A stretch of DNA of 64,000 nt from an uncultured Verrucomicrobiae bacterium (GCA_963764165.1 CAVXRD010000003.1:544001-608000); one strand, 5' to 3'; positions 9,546 to 19,655 are shown, counted from the first letter of the stretch. Made by a program: numbers and translations. The notes: generated from the letters alone by a model not told the origin.

Positions 9546-9774
9546 GCCACTTCTGAATTAACAACTCTTTGTTGATTTCCGCAAGCAATTGCGCCTTCGA
9601 CAATTCAGACACTTTCAAACCAAATGATTCTCGCAGAACAACGTCCGTTTCCACCTCGAACACTGCTTCACCGCTTCCGTGGCGCACATGGACATGGATC
9701 GGGCGATGCTCGTTGCTGTAAAACGAGAATTTGTAACCGTCCTGCTCGAAAACTTTGGGCGTTGACTGGAGCAT
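9529..9774 (-). CDS. DUF4160 family protein (putative TA component)
   Basis: GYKFSFYSNEHRPIHVHV...KWHEYFG; overlaps the DUF2442 gene; start uncertain. Confidence 0.85.
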   Translation of the reverse strand: MLQSTPKVFEQDGYKFSFYSNEHRPIHVHVRHGSGEAVFEVETDVVLRESFGLKVSELSKAQLLAEINKELLIQKWHEYFG

Positions 9775-9882
9775 GACAAACCGAGGGCCCAAGTTCAAGC
9801 CACAGGCAGCCCTCGCTGCGTCTATAGTTGCCATCTTTCAGTTGCCTTGCATCGGCTTCCCGCTCAATTTGTCAGGGTGCTT

Positions 9883-11001
9883 ATGAAACACCTGTTCCAC
9901 CTTTTGCTGGCGGTGACAATTTTCTGCGCGGGGCGCGCTGGCGCTGACACCAACACGTTGGCCCGCATGATTGACACAAATTTGCCTGTGCGCGGCTTTT
10001 GCATCTCGGCGCCGCGGACAGAGGAACTCGACGCGTTCATTCATTTTATTGACAACGAACTGGCGCCGCGCGGCGTCAATACGCTGATTCTGCGGGTGGA
10101 CTACAATTACGAGTTCAAGAGCCATCCCGAACTGCGCGAAAAGCAGGTTCTCACGGAGGCGGACGTGAAAAAACTGGTTGCTGTTTGCCGCACCAACAAA
10201 ATTCATCTCATCCCGCAGATCAACATGCTCGGCCATCAATCCGGCGGAAAATGGCTTGGCAGCCTTCTGCGCCACTATCCTGAGTTTGACGAAACGCCGT
10301 GGGTCGCAATGCCTGAGAAATACGAGTGGCCCAACGCTGACGGTCTTTATTGCAAAAGCTATTGCCCGCTTCATCCGAACTTGCACGAGGTCATTTTCCC
10401 GGTCATCGACGAGATTTGCGATGCCTTCGAGTCGGACACATTTCACGCGGGAATGGACGAAGTATTCTACATCGCGGAGGACAAATGCCCTCGCTGCGAC
10501 GGGAAGGATCCGGCGGAAATTTTCGCCGGGGAAGTCACGCGGCTGCGCGATCATTTGCAGAAATCGGGCCGGAAACTTTGGATTTGGAGCGACCGTCTGC
10601 TGGACGGAAAATCGACTGGCATCGGCGCGTGGGAAGCGAGCACAAACAATACCTCGCGCGCGATTGATTTGATTCCGAAGGACGTGATGTTATGCGATTG
10701 GCATTACGATCAGGCTTTGGCGACCGCGCCGTATTTTGCGATGAAAGGATTTCATGTCATTACGTGCCCGTGGAAAAACTCCCAAACCGCCGTCTGGCAG
10801 GCACAGGACATGGCGCATTGGCGCGAGCGCTCGACGCCGGAATTGCAGGAGCGCTTCGAGGGCGTGATGCAGACAGTGTGGAGCGGGACGGGCGGATTTC
10901 TGAAAAAGGATTATCACAGCGATCCGTCTGAAACCAATTCTTGGAATTGCTTCACGGCGATGTTCGACGAACTCAAAAAATTGCAAACCGACGCAAAATG
11001 A
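9883..11001 (+). CDS. Secreted GH20-like glycoside hydrolase (putative N-acetylhexosaminidase)
   Basis: Signal peptide; IPQINMLGH, FHAGMDEVF (catalytic D-E pair), WSDRLL, CDWHY. Confidence 0.75.
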   Translation: MKHLFHLLLAVTIFCAGRAGADTNTLARMIDTNLPVRGFCISAPRTEELDAFIHFIDNELAPRGVNTLILRVDYNYEFKSHPELREKQVLTEADVKKLVAVCRTNKIHLIPQINMLGHQSGGKWLGSLLRHYPEFDETPWVAMPEKYEWPNADGLYCKSYCPLHPNLHEVIFPVIDEICDAFESDTFHAGMDEVFYIAEDKCPRCDGKDPAEIFAGEVTRLRDHLQKSGRKLWIWSDRLLDGKSTGIGAWEASTNNTSRAIDLIPKDVMLCDWHYDQALATAPYFAMKGFHVITCPWKNSQTAVWQAQDMAHWRERSTPELQERFEGVMQTVWSGTGGFLKKDYHSDPSETNSWNCFTAMFDELKKLQTDAK

Positions 11002-12500
11002 AACGATGGTTCTTGGCATTGTGCTGGGCTGGGTTGATGGTGTGCCGCGCCGCTTCGGCGCAAAACGCGAACGACACGCTGCCCGCCCTTCAAGCGCGTC
11101 TGGCGGCGATCATCGATGATCCGCGCTTCGCCCAGGCAGCGTGGGGAGCGAAGGTGGTTTCCCTTGACAGCGGACAAACCGTTTTCGAGCGCAATTCCGA
11201 GAAACTCCTCAAACCTGCGTCGAACAACAAACTCTACACCGCCGCCCTGGCGCTGGATCGCCTGGGGCCGGATTTCCGAATCAGGACCAGTTTTTACGCG
11301 GCGGCAAAACCGGATGGCGATGGCGCAATTCATGGCGACCTGATCGTTTACGGCCGAGGCGATCCGACATTTTCGGCCCGCTTCAACGGCGGTGATTACA
11401 AGAAAGCGTTGCAGCCCGCCGTCGATGCTTTGGTGACGGTCGGTGTCAAACATATCGACGGCGATTTGATTGGCGACGAGAGCTTTTTCCGAGGCGCGCC
11501 CTACGGCACCGATTGGACATGGGACGATTTGCAGGAATACTATGGAGCGCCTGCGTCCGCGTTATCATATCAAGACAACGTCATCGATCTGATGTTCAAA
11601 CCGGGTAAAGCAGAAGGCGAGCCTTGTGAAATTATAACGACGCCGGAAACGACGATCCTCACCTTCGGAAATCGTACCCATACCCTTCCCGCGAATAGAA
11701 TCCGGGGGCATGTGCGGTTGTATCGTCCGGTGGGGGAAGGCACAGCGTATGTTTGGGATGGCGTGCCTTTGGGTTCGAGGGGTGAAGCTGGCTCGGTTTC
11801 AGTGCCGAAGCCCGCACTGTGGTTTGTGACGATGCTAAAACAGGAATTGTCTCAGCACGGCGTGGCCATTTCTGGCGGAGTGCGGCAGGAAGATTGGCTT
11901 TCGCGGGAAACCGCGCCGCTGGCGATTTCCAATCTTGTCGAAATTGCATACGTTCAATCGCGACCGTTGGCGGAGATTGTCAAATCAACACTCAAGCCGT
12001 CGCAGAATCTTTACGCGCAACTCCTGTTGTTGCAGGTCGGAGTCCATGCGGATATTCAAGGCCACGACACCGAACGGTCCGGAATCGCTGAAATGCAGTC
12101 ATTTCTCGGCAGCGCAAACGTCGCGCGGGGGTCGGCGCAATTGGAGGAAGGCTCGGGTCTTTCGCGTGGCACACTCGTTACGCCCAGCGCCACAGTCCAG
12201 CTATTGGTTTTTATGAATCACCATCGCAGCCGCGACGCGTTTTTCGACGGTTTGTCGATTGCCGGGGTGGACGGTACATTGCGAAATCGCATGAAAGGCA
12301 CCGTTGCCGCAGGGAATCTGCGAGCGAAAACAGGTTCCCTTGGTGGTGTGGACACACTTTCTGGATATGTGACCACCGCCGGGAAAGATCATCTGGCATT
12401 TTCGCTCATGTTGAACAATTTTCGAGACGAGACAGGCGGAAGGGCCGCGCTGGATTCCCTCGGCATTGAGTTGGCGAAATTCCAGGGGAAACTTCCATAA
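10998..12500 (+). CDS. dacB: D-alanyl-D-alanine carboxypeptidase/endopeptidase (PBP4, S13)
   Basis: PASNNK (SxxK), GRGDP, SQN (SxN), GSGLSR, AKTG (KTG); ATGA overlap with the upstream gene. Confidence 0.93.
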   Translation: MKRWFLALCWAGLMVCRAASAQNANDTLPALQARLAAIIDDPRFAQAAWGAKVVSLDSGQTVFERNSEKLLKPASNNKLYTAALALDRLGPDFRIRTSFYAAAKPDGDGAIHGDLIVYGRGDPTFSARFNGGDYKKALQPAVDALVTVGVKHIDGDLIGDESFFRGAPYGTDWTWDDLQEYYGAPASALSYQDNVIDLMFKPGKAEGEPCEIITTPETTILTFGNRTHTLPANRIRGHVRLYRPVGEGTAYVWDGVPLGSRGEAGSVSVPKPALWFVTMLKQELSQHGVAISGGVRQEDWLSRETAPLAISNLVEIAYVQSRPLAEIVKSTLKPSQNLYAQLLLLQVGVHADIQGHDTERSGIAEMQSFLGSANVARGSAQLEEGSGLSRGTLVTPSATVQLLVFMNHHRSRDAFFDGLSIAGVDGTLRNRMKGTVAAGNLRAKTGSLGGVDTLSGYVTTAGKDHLAFSLMLNNFRDETGGRAALDSLGIELAKFQGKLP

Positions 12501-12523
12501 TTCCCGCAGCAGGGCAGGCTGAT

Positions 12524-12622
12524 CCGCCCCATAAGTCCCATTATTCCCATTACTCCCATCTTAATGCGAATAATGGGAATAATGCGACTTATGGGGCGGC
12601 TTGGCGGGAGCTTCGCCCTCCC
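12524..12622. repeat. Palindromic 9-mer-unit element with 29-bp arms plus an adjacent REP-like half
   Basis: ccgccccataagtcccattattcccatta (12524-12552) pairs with taatgggaataatgcgacttatggggcgg (12571-12599), 1 mismatch; then ggcgggagcttcgccctccc. Confidence 0.75.
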
Positions 12623-12696
12623 GGGCTCTTGGTGACATTTTTGAACCTCTTTCACGAGTCAAACGAACCATTCCAAAAAAATTTCATAAAAATTGC

Positions 12697-12724
12697 TTGC
12701 GCGTTTTCTGGCTTATGTTAATTT
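12697..12724 (+). promoter_or_regulatory. Putative sigma70 promoter of the rplB operon
   Basis: TTGCGC-16 nt-TAATTT with an extended -10 TG, preceded by an A/T-rich UP-like tract. Confidence 0.5.
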
Positions 12725-12846
12725 CACCATCCGTTTCGCCTTCGGGCGGAACTGCCGGCTGATCGCGCGACCGAGAACTGATCGCCCCACTGGGCGCAGG
12801 ATTAATGGCCGATGCGGCTTATAGCCGATGACATTTTTTACGATTT

Positions 12847-13701
12847 ATGCCAGTTAAAACGTACAGGCCGTTAACGCCTTCGACGCGCTACATTACTGTG
12901 GCGTCCTTCGACGAGATTACGAAGGACCACCCTGAGCGGAGCCTCATCAGCATCCGCAAAAAATCGGGTGGCCGTAATCATTATGGACGCGTCACCGCCC
13001 GCGGCATCGGCAAAGGCCACAAACAGTTTTATCGCCACGTTGACTTCAAACGCGCCAAGCACGGCGTCGAAGCCGATGTGACGGCCATCGAATACGACCC
13101 GATCCGCACCGCCCGCCTCGCCCTCCTCGTCTACAAAGACGGCGAGAAAGCTTACATCCTGGCTCCAGTCGGTTTGCAGGTCGGCGCCAAGATCGTCAGC
13201 GGGCCGACTGCTCCTCCTGACCTCGGCAATTGCATTCCGCTCAAAAACGTTCCAGTTGGCGTGGCTATTCATAACCTTGAAATCAACCCCGGTCGCGGCG
13301 GCCAGATCGTTCGTTCCGCCGGTGGCGCAGCCACTTTGATGTCTCGGGGCGATGGTTACGCGACCATCCGCCTGCCTTCAGGCGAAGTTCGCCGCATTCA
13401 CGAAACCTGCTACGCCACCATCGGCCAGGTGGGCAACGTCGAACACGAGAAGATCAGCTTGGGCAAAGCAGGCCGTTCCCGGCATCGCGGCATCCGCCCG
13501 ATCAATCGCGGTGTGTCCCGCAACCCGGTCGACCATCCCAACGGTGGCGGCGCCGGCAAGTCCAAGAGCGGCGGCGGCTGGCAGCAATTGACTTCCCCGT
13601 GGGGTTTGCTGGCCAAGGGTTATCGCACGCGCAACAAGCGCAAATTTTCCAATCGGTTCATCCTGGTTCGCCGCGATGGCCGTCCAATGAAGCTAAAGTA
13701 A
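12847..13701 (+). CDS. rplB: 50S ribosomal protein L2
   Basis: [26 protein letters not shown]. Confidence 0.98.
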   Translation: MPVKTYRPLTPSTRYITVASFDEITKDHPERSLISIRKKSGGRNHYGRVTARGIGKGHKQFYRHVDFKRAKHGVEADVTAIEYDPIRTARLALLVYKDGEKAYILAPVGLQVGAKIVSGPTAPPDLGNCIPLKNVPVGVAIHNLEINPGRGGQIVRSAGGAATLMSRGDGYATIRLPSGEVRRIHETCYATIGQVGNVEHEKISLGKAGRSRHRGIRPINRGVSRNPVDHPNGGGAGKSKSGGGWQQLTSPWGLLAKGYRTRNKRKFSNRFILVRRDGRPMKLK

Positions 13702-13708
13702 GAACGTT

Positions 13709-13990
13709 ATGGGTCGATCCATTAAAAAAGGTCCGTTTGTAGACCAGCATTTGCAGGATAAAATCGATGCCGCCAAGGCATCCAAGAGCAAGTCGCCGAT
13801 CAAAACCTGGTCGCGCCGCTCGATGATTACCCCGGAGTTTGTCGGGTTGACGTTTAACGTCCACAACGGAAAAGTGTTCAACCCCGTTTTCGTCACGGAA
13901 AACATGGTGGGGCATCGTTTGGGCGAATTCTCCCTGACCCGCACGTTTAAGAAACACGGCGCGCACACCGCGAAGGCGGAGGCCAAGTAG
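13709..13990 (+). CDS. rpsS: 30S ribosomal protein S19
   Basis: [26 protein letters not shown]. Confidence 0.98.
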   Translation: MGRSIKKGPFVDQHLQDKIDAAKASKSKSPIKTWSRRSMITPEFVGLTFNVHNGKVFNPVFVTENMVGHRLGEFSLTRTFKKHGAHTAKAEAK

Positions 13991-14010
13991 TCGCAGTCGA
14001 AATCGAATTT

Positions 14011-14364
14011 ATGGAAGTCCAAGCCATCACAAAAAATATACGCATGTCCGCGCAGAAAATGCGCGAAGTCGTGCGGCAGATTCAGGGGATGCCTGCGGCG
14101 CACGCCCAAGCGGTGCTGGCCGTTGTCCCGCGCAAAGGAGCGCGCGTGGTGGCCAAGACCCTCAAGTCGGCCATGGCCAACGCCGAGGATCTCAAGACCA
14201 ACAAACCCGAATATCAAAACCTGCAAACCGACCGTTTGCGGGTCAAATACGCTGTGGCTGGCACCGCCGGCAATGCCAAGCGGTTCACCCCCAAGGCGCG
14301 CGGTTCGGCCGGCCCGATCATCAAGCGCAATTGCCACGTGAAAATTGTTTTGTCTGACGACTAA
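14011..14364 (+). CDS. rplV: 50S ribosomal protein L22
   Basis: RMSAQKMR, LKSAMANAE, KRFTPKARG; operon position. Confidence 0.96.
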   Translation: MEVQAITKNIRMSAQKMREVVRQIQGMPAAHAQAVLAVVPRKGARVVAKTLKSAMANAEDLKTNKPEYQNLQTDRLRVKYAVAGTAGNAKRFTPKARGSAGPIIKRNCHVKIVLSDD

Positions 14365-14367
14365 TTT

Positions 14368-15051
14368 ATGGGCCAAAAAACAAATCCAACAGGCCTGCGG
14401 CTCGCAGTCAACAAGGACTGGAGTTCCAAGTGGTTCGCCGAAAAGAAAGAATTCGGCAAATTGCTGGCGGAAGACCGCAAGATCCGCGAATTGCTCAAGT
14501 CCAAGCTGGAAGGCGCTTCGGTTTCCAAGATTCAATTGGAACGCGCCGCCTCCCGCTGCCGCATTACGATTCATACGGCCCGCCCCGGCGTGGTCATCGG
14601 ACGCAAAGGCGCGGAAATCGACAAGCTCAAGGAAGAAATCAGCAAGATGACCGGCAAGGAAGTCTATGTTGACATCACCGAGATCAAGCAGCCTGAAATG
14701 GACGCCCAGTTAGTGGCCGAAAACATCGCCCTTCAATTGGAGCGCCGTGTTTCCTTCCGTCGCGCCATGAAGAAAGCGGTGCAAGTCGCAATGGATTTTG
14801 GCGCGGAAGGCATTAAGATTCGCGTGGGCGGCCGTTTGGGGGGCGCTGAAATCGCGCGTGTTGAAAAATATCATCAAGGCCGCGTTCCGCTGCACACGTT
14901 GCGCGCGAACATCGACTACGGTTTCGCCGAGGCGAAGACCGTTTACGGCAAGCTGGGCATCAAATGCTGGATCTGCCGCGGTGACAACCCGGTGGAAAAG
15001 AAGCAAGTGGTGAAGCCCGCTGAAGCAGCCCCGGTTCCTGTCGCTGCTTAA
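14368..15051 (+). CDS. rpsC: 30S ribosomal protein S3
   Basis: [28 protein letters not shown]. Confidence 0.98.
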   Translation: MGQKTNPTGLRLAVNKDWSSKWFAEKKEFGKLLAEDRKIRELLKSKLEGASVSKIQLERAASRCRITIHTARPGVVIGRKGAEIDKLKEEISKMTGKEVYVDITEIKQPEMDAQLVAENIALQLERRVSFRRAMKKAVQVAMDFGAEGIKIRVGGRLGGAEIARVEKYHQGRVPLHTLRANIDYGFAEAKTVYGKLGIKCWICRGDNPVEKKQVVKPAEAAPVPVAA

Positions 15052-15087
15052 CCGACCCTGAACATTTTTTAGAAGAGAGAGACTGAT

Positions 15088-15509
15088 ATGGCAATGAGTC
15101 CAGCAAGAGTGAAGTACCGCAAGATGCACCGCGGCAGCCGCACAAGGCTTGGCGCACAGCGGTTCCACCGTGGCTTTTGGTGAATACGGATTGCAATCAC
15201 TGGAGCGCATGCTGGCTGCACACCAAGCAGATCGAAGCGGCCCGCGTGGCAGTCACCCGTTACATGAAACGCCGCGGCAAGGTCTGGATTCGCATTTTCC
15301 CGCAGAAGTCCTACACTAAGAAGCCGTTGGAAACCCGAATGGGCAAAGGCAAAGGTCCTTTGGAATCCTGGGTGGCGGTCATTCGTCCGGCCAACATTCT
15401 CTTTGAAGTCGATGGCGTGACGGAAGCGGTGGCGCGCGAATCGATGCGCCTGGCGGCCACCAAGCTGCCAATCAAGACAAAATTTATTTCCCGTCACACG
15501 ATGGGCTAA
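15088..15509 (+). CDS. rplP: 50S ribosomal protein L16, with two apparent +1 insertions (~15145, ~15209)
   Basis: [19 protein letters not shown] / [21 protein letters not shown] / [21 protein letters not shown] lie in three successive frames. Confidence 0.93.
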
Positions 15510-15522
15510 TGCCGAGCGAACC

Positions 15523-15720
15523 ATGAAGATGTCCGAACTAAAAGATTTGACCGCGCAGGAGTTGTCCGCCAAGAGCGGAGAACTGCGCAAGGAAATGTTT
15601 AATCTGCGGCTGCAGCAGGCCAGCAGCCAGTTGGAAAAGCCAGCCCAACTGCGCGTCCTGCGCCGGAACATCGCCCGGGTGGAAACCCGGATTTCCGAGG
15701 TCCGCCGCAAGAAATCCTGA
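15523..15720 (+). CDS. rpmC: 50S ribosomal protein L29
   Basis: EMFNLRLQ..QLEKP..RRNIARVET. Confidence 0.96.
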   Translation: MKMSELKDLTAQELSAKSGELRKEMFNLRLQQASSQLEKPAQLRVLRRNIARVETRISEVRRKKS

Positions 15721-15739
15721 TTTGAATTTGAATTGATAT

Positions 15740-16066
15740 ATGCCAGAACAAGCCACACAGCCCGCACCGACCACGACGCCCGCCGCACCGGCGGAGGCGC
15801 GCGGACATCGCAAAGAACGCCTTGGGAAGGTCATCGCCGCCAAGATGACGAAGACGATTGTCGTGCAGGTGCAGCGCCGTTTCCCTCACCCGGAATACAA
15901 GAAAGTGATTACGGCTTATTCCAAGTTTTACGCTCACGACGAGAAGAGCGAAGCGAAAGTTGGCGATTTGGTTTTGATTGTTGAGACACGCCCCCTCTCC
16001 AAGTTGAAGCGCTGGCGTTTGACCCAGGTGGTGGAACGTTCCGCCGAAGCTCCCGTGCCGGTTTAA
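15740..16066 (+). CDS. rpsQ: 30S ribosomal protein S17 with N-terminal Pro/Ala/Thr extension
   Basis: KMTKTIVV, HPEYKK, AHDE, ETRPLSKLKRW. Confidence 0.97.
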   Translation: MPEQATQPAPTTTPAAPAEARGHRKERLGKVIAAKMTKTIVVQVQRRFPHPEYKKVITAYSKFYAHDEKSEAKVGDLVLIVETRPLSKLKRWRLTQVVERSAEAPVPV

Positions 16067-16076
16067 TTAGGACTTT

Positions 16077-16442
16077 ATGCTACAGGTTCGCTCTATTTTA
16101 GACGTGGCCGACAACACCGGCGCCAAGCGCGCCGCTGCCATCGGGGTCATTGGCCGCAATCAGCGTTACGCCGGAATTGGCGACGTCATCAAGGCGCACA
16201 TCAAGGAAGCCGCTCCGGATGGCACCGTCAAGAAGGGTGAAGTTGTGGACGCCGTGGTTGTCCGCACGCGCAAGCAGATTCGCCGGGCCGACGGTTCCTA
16301 CCTTCGCTTTGACAGCAACGCGATCGTGATCATCGACAAGGAACACAACCCGCGCGGCACGCGCATCTTTGGACCGGTCGCCCGCGAATTGCGCGACAAG
16401 AAGTTCATGAAAATCATTTCCTTGGCCCCGGAGGTCATCTAG
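16077..16442 (+). CDS. rplN: 50S ribosomal protein L14
   Basis: [27 protein letters not shown]. Confidence 0.98.
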   Translation: MLQVRSILDVADNTGAKRAAAIGVIGRNQRYAGIGDVIKAHIKEAAPDGTVKKGEVVDAVVVRTRKQIRRADGSYLRFDSNAIVIIDKEHNPRGTRIFGPVARELRDKKFMKIISLAPEVI

Positions 16443-16444
16443 TT

Positions 16445-16736
16445 ATGCCGAAAGTTCACATTAAAAAAGGGGACGAAGTGGTCGTCATCAGCCGGTTCTG
16501 AAAAGGGCCAGCGAGCGAAGGTGCTGGAAGTCAAGACGAAGAAGCAGCGCGTGGTCATTGAAGGCTTGAAAATGATCAAGCGCCACACCCGCAAGAGCCA
16601 GTCGCATCCCCAGGGCGCCATCGTGGAACGCGAAGGCACCATCCATATTTCCAACGTGATGCTCGCGTCCCGCTACGACGAGCGCAGAGGCGCCACGGCC
16701 AAGCCGGCTGAAACAGCGGAGGCATCGAAAGAATGA
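16445..16736 (+). CDS. rplX: 50S ribosomal protein L24, with one apparent +1 insertion (~16490)
   Basis: MPKVHIKKGDEVVVI then, after one extra base, AGSEKGQRAKVLEV..IHISNV. Confidence 0.93.
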
Positions 16737-17275
16737 AACCAAGACTTTACACAAAATACGTAGAAGAAGTGGCCCCTGCCCTGCGCGAGAAGCGCAAGTA
16801 CGGGAACGTCCACCAGATTCCGCGCATCGAGAAGATCGTCGTCAACATGGGCGTCAGCGCCTCGCTCGAAAAGGGCGCGATTGAAGACGCCACGCGCGAC
16901 CTTACGGCGATCACGGGCCGCAAGCCTGTCATCAACAAGTCGCGCCACAGCATCGCGAACTTCAAGTTGCGCGAAGGCCAGAACATTGGCTGCCGCGTGA
17001 CCTTGCGCCGCGACGCGATGTACGAATTTTTTGACCGTTTGGTTGCCGCCGCGCTGCCCCGTATTCGCGACTTCCGCGGCTTGTCCCCCCGCTCTTTTGA
17101 CGGGCGAGGCAATTACACTCTCGGCGTGAATGACCAGACCATTTTCCCTGAGATCGAACTGGAAAAGATCAAGCGCACGCAAGGCATGGACATTGTCATC
17201 GTGACCAGCGCGCCGACAAATGAGGAAGCGCTGGAATTGCTCAAGATGATGGGCATGCCGTTTGCCGAGAAATAA
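16733..17275 (+). CDS. rplE: 50S ribosomal protein L5
   Basis: KIVVNMG, FKLREG, LPRIRDFRG, FDGRGNY. Confidence 0.98.
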   Translation: MKPRLYTKYVEEVAPALREKRKYGNVHQIPRIEKIVVNMGVSASLEKGAIEDATRDLTAITGRKPVINKSRHSIANFKLREGQNIGCRVTLRRDAMYEFFDRLVAAALPRIRDFRGLSPRSFDGRGNYTLGVNDQTIFPEIELEKIKRTQGMDIVIVTSAPTNEEALELLKMMGMPFAEK

Positions 17276-17296
17276 CCGGAATTTTTTGATTTAATT

Positions 17297-17566
17297 ATGG
17301 CCAAGACATCCTGGATCGAACGCAATAAGAAAAAAGCCGCCACGGTGAAGAAGTTCGCCGCGCTGCGCGCCGAGTTGAAAGCCAAGCGCGATTACGCCGG
17401 TTTGAGCAAGCTGCCCCGCAATGCCAGCCCCACCCGCGTGGTCAACCGCTGCTCCATGTCGGGCCGCCGCCACGGTTACATCCGCAAGTTCGGCTGCTCC
17501 CGTCTGACTTTCCGCGAAGCGGCGTTGAACGGGCTGATTCCAGGCGTCACCAAAGCCAGTTGGTAA
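17297..17566 (+). CDS. rpsN: 30S ribosomal protein S14 (89-aa form lacking the full Zn motif)
   Basis: [29 protein letters not shown]. Confidence 0.97.
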   Translation: MAKTSWIERNKKKAATVKKFAALRAELKAKRDYAGLSKLPRNASPTRVVNRCSMSGRRHGYIRKFGCSRLTFREAALNGLIPGVTKASW

Positions 17567-17572
17567 TATTTT

Positions 17573-17959
17573 ATGAGCGATCAGATTTCAAACATGCTGA
17601 CCAGCATCCGCAATGCGAGCCGGGCCAACCTGCCGTTTGCGACCATTCCGCACTCCAAAGTCAAGGAGAGCATTGCCCGCGTTTTGCAGCGCGAAGGCTA
17701 TGTGGCGGACGTGACTGTCGAAGGAAAGCCCTTCAAGTCGATCAAGGTCAAGCTCAAGTACACCGGGCGCAAAGGCGTCATTGAAGGCATTCGCCGCGTC
17801 AGTTCCCCCGGGTTGCGCCGTTACATTGGATCGCAGGATGTTCCCCGCGTGCTCGGCGGCCTTGGCGTCTCGATTATCTCCACTTCCGAGGGAATCATGA
17901 CCGGCACGCAAGCCCGCCAGAAAAATGTCGGCGGCGAGCTATTGTGCGAAGTCTGGTAA
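17573..17959 (+). CDS. rpsH: 30S ribosomal protein S8
   Basis: DQISNMLTSIRNA, SSPGLRRY, GGELLC. Confidence 0.97.
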   Translation: MSDQISNMLTSIRNASRANLPFATIPHSKVKESIARVLQREGYVADVTVEGKPFKSIKVKLKYTGRKGVIEGIRRVSSPGLRRYIGSQDVPRVLGGLGVSIISTSEGIMTGTQARQKNVGGELLCEVW

Positions 17960-17993
17960 GATGGCAAATTAGGAAGCTTTAATTTTAAGTTTT

Positions 17994-18530
17994 ATGTCGC
18001 GTATTGGAAAACAACCGGTGGCCGTGCCGCCGAAGGTCAAAGTCGAGATCAAAGGCCGGAAGGTCTTTGTGGAAGGCCCGAAAGGCAAGCTCGACCATGA
18101 ACTTCCGGCCCGCACTTCGATCAAGCTCGAAAATGGAAATTTGGTCGTCAGCCGTGATGGCGATGACGCCCAAGCCAAGGCATTGCACGGCTTGAGCCGC
18201 GCCCTGATCAACAACATGGTCAAGGGCGTCAGCGATGGCTTCGTCAAGAAGCTTGAGATTCAAGGCGTCGGCTTCAAGGCCGCCGTCGTCAGCGGCACTG
18301 TGAATTTGTCCCTCGGCTATTCGCACCCGTTGAATTATCCAATTCCGGCCCAGATCAAAGTGACCGTTGAGGAAAACACCAAGCTGACCATTGAAGGGCC
18401 CAGCAAACAGTTGGTGGGCCAGGTCGCCGCGGAAATCCGCAGTTATTATCCGCCTGAACCTTATAAAGGCAAAGGTGTCAGATACTCGGATGAGAAAGTC
18501 GAGCGCAAGGAAGGCAAAACGGTGCAATAA
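17994..18530 (+). CDS. rplF: 50S ribosomal protein L6
   Basis: MSRIGKQP, PEPYKGKGVRY. Confidence 0.98.
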   Translation: MSRIGKQPVAVPPKVKVEIKGRKVFVEGPKGKLDHELPARTSIKLENGNLVVSRDGDDAQAKALHGLSRALINNMVKGVSDGFVKKLEIQGVGFKAAVVSGTVNLSLGYSHPLNYPIPAQIKVTVEENTKLTIEGPSKQLVGQVAAEIRSYYPPEPYKGKGVRYSDEKVERKEGKTVQ

Positions 18531-18532
18531 GC

Positions 18533-18898
18533 ATGAGAACCGACAAGAAAGAACGTCTCGCGACGCTGCGCCACTGGCGCATTCGCAAAAAAGTTTCTGG
18601 CACGAAGGAACGTCCCCGCATGGCCGTTCGCTTCTCCAATCAGCATATCATGGTGCAGTTCATCGACGACGTGGCCCGCGTGACGCTGGCTTCCGCCTCG
18701 TCGGTGGGCAAGAAAGCCCAGGCCGAGGCGAAAGTCTCCGCCAATGTGGCTGGCGCCAAGAAAATTGGAGTCTTGGCCGCCGAAGCGGCCAAGAGCGCGG
18801 GCATCAAGGCTGTGGTCTTCGACCGCAGCGCCGCCCGTTATCACGGCAAGGTCAAAGCGCTGGCCGATGCCGCGCGCGAAGCCGGTTTGCAATTTTAA
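18533..18898 (+). CDS. rplR: 50S ribosomal protein L18
   Basis: GTKERPR, VVFDR..YHGKVKALADAARE. Confidence 0.97.
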   Translation: MRTDKKERLATLRHWRIRKKVSGTKERPRMAVRFSNQHIMVQFIDDVARVTLASASSVGKKAQAEAKVSANVAGAKKIGVLAAEAAKSAGIKAVVFDRSAARYHGKVKALADAAREAGLQF

Positions 18899-18915
18899 CT
18901 TGAAGGAAGATTACT

Positions 18916-19650
18916 GTGGCTGAAGCACCAAAACAAAATTTCACCGGCAATCAAAGAGGCGGCGGCCCCGGCCGTGGCGGTCCCGGTCGCGGCGGTCCCC
19001 GCCGTGCCCGTCCAGGCTCATCCGAAGGCGGCGGCGATGGCGGCGGCGAAGGCGGCGGTTCAGAGCTGAGCGAGAAGGTTGTATTCATCAACCGTTCCGC
19101 GAAGGTCGTCAAAGGCGGTCGCCGTTTCAGTTTCAGCGCCCTCGTGGTGGCCGGCGACAAGCATGGCCGCATCGGTTTGGGCCTCGGCAAAGCGGTCGAA
19201 GTTTCCGAAGCCATCCGCAAAGGCGGGGAAATGGCCAAGCAGCACATGATTTCGGTGTCACTGAAGGAAGCCACCATTCCGCACGCGGTTTACAGCACTT
19301 ACGGCGGGGCGAAAGTCCTGCTGCGCCCCGCTTCTCCCGGAACCGGCATTATCGCGGGCCCTAAAGTTCGCGCCGTTCTGGAAGCCGCTGGCATCAAAGA
19401 TATTTTGAGCAAATCGCTCGGTTCGAACAATCCGTCCAATGTTGTCAAAGCGACGATTGAAGGCCTCCTGCAACTGCGCACTCATGAAGATATTTATCGG
19501 GGCCGCGGTCTGGCGATCAAACCTCGCAAGACGGCGGTTGTTGCGGCTCCTGTGGCGGCGTCCCCTGCCCCAGCACCCGCGCCCGCTCCAACTCCGGCCC
19601 CTGCGGTGGAACCTTCCGCACCAGCGGCACCTTCAGCTCCTACAGCCTGA
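18916..19650 (+). CDS. rpsE: 30S ribosomal protein S5 with RGG-rich N- and Pro/Ala-rich C-terminal extensions
   Basis: [33 protein letters not shown]. Confidence 0.97.
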   Translation: MAEAPKQNFTGNQRGGGPGRGGPGRGGPRRARPGSSEGGGDGGGEGGGSELSEKVVFINRSAKVVKGGRRFSFSALVVAGDKHGRIGLGLGKAVEVSEAIRKGGEMAKQHMISVSLKEATIPHAVYSTYGGAKVLLRPASPGTGIIAGPKVRAVLEAAGIKDILSKSLGSNNPSNVVKATIEGLLQLRTHEDIYRGRGLAIKPRKTAVVAAPVAASPAPAPAPAPTPAPAVEPSAPAAPSAPTA

Positions 19651-19655
19651 TTTTT

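Noticed and set aside
15088..16736. Programmed frameshifting or true pseudogenes in rplP and rplX
   Set aside because: No slippery sites; L16 would need two shifts; sequence error is more parsimonious
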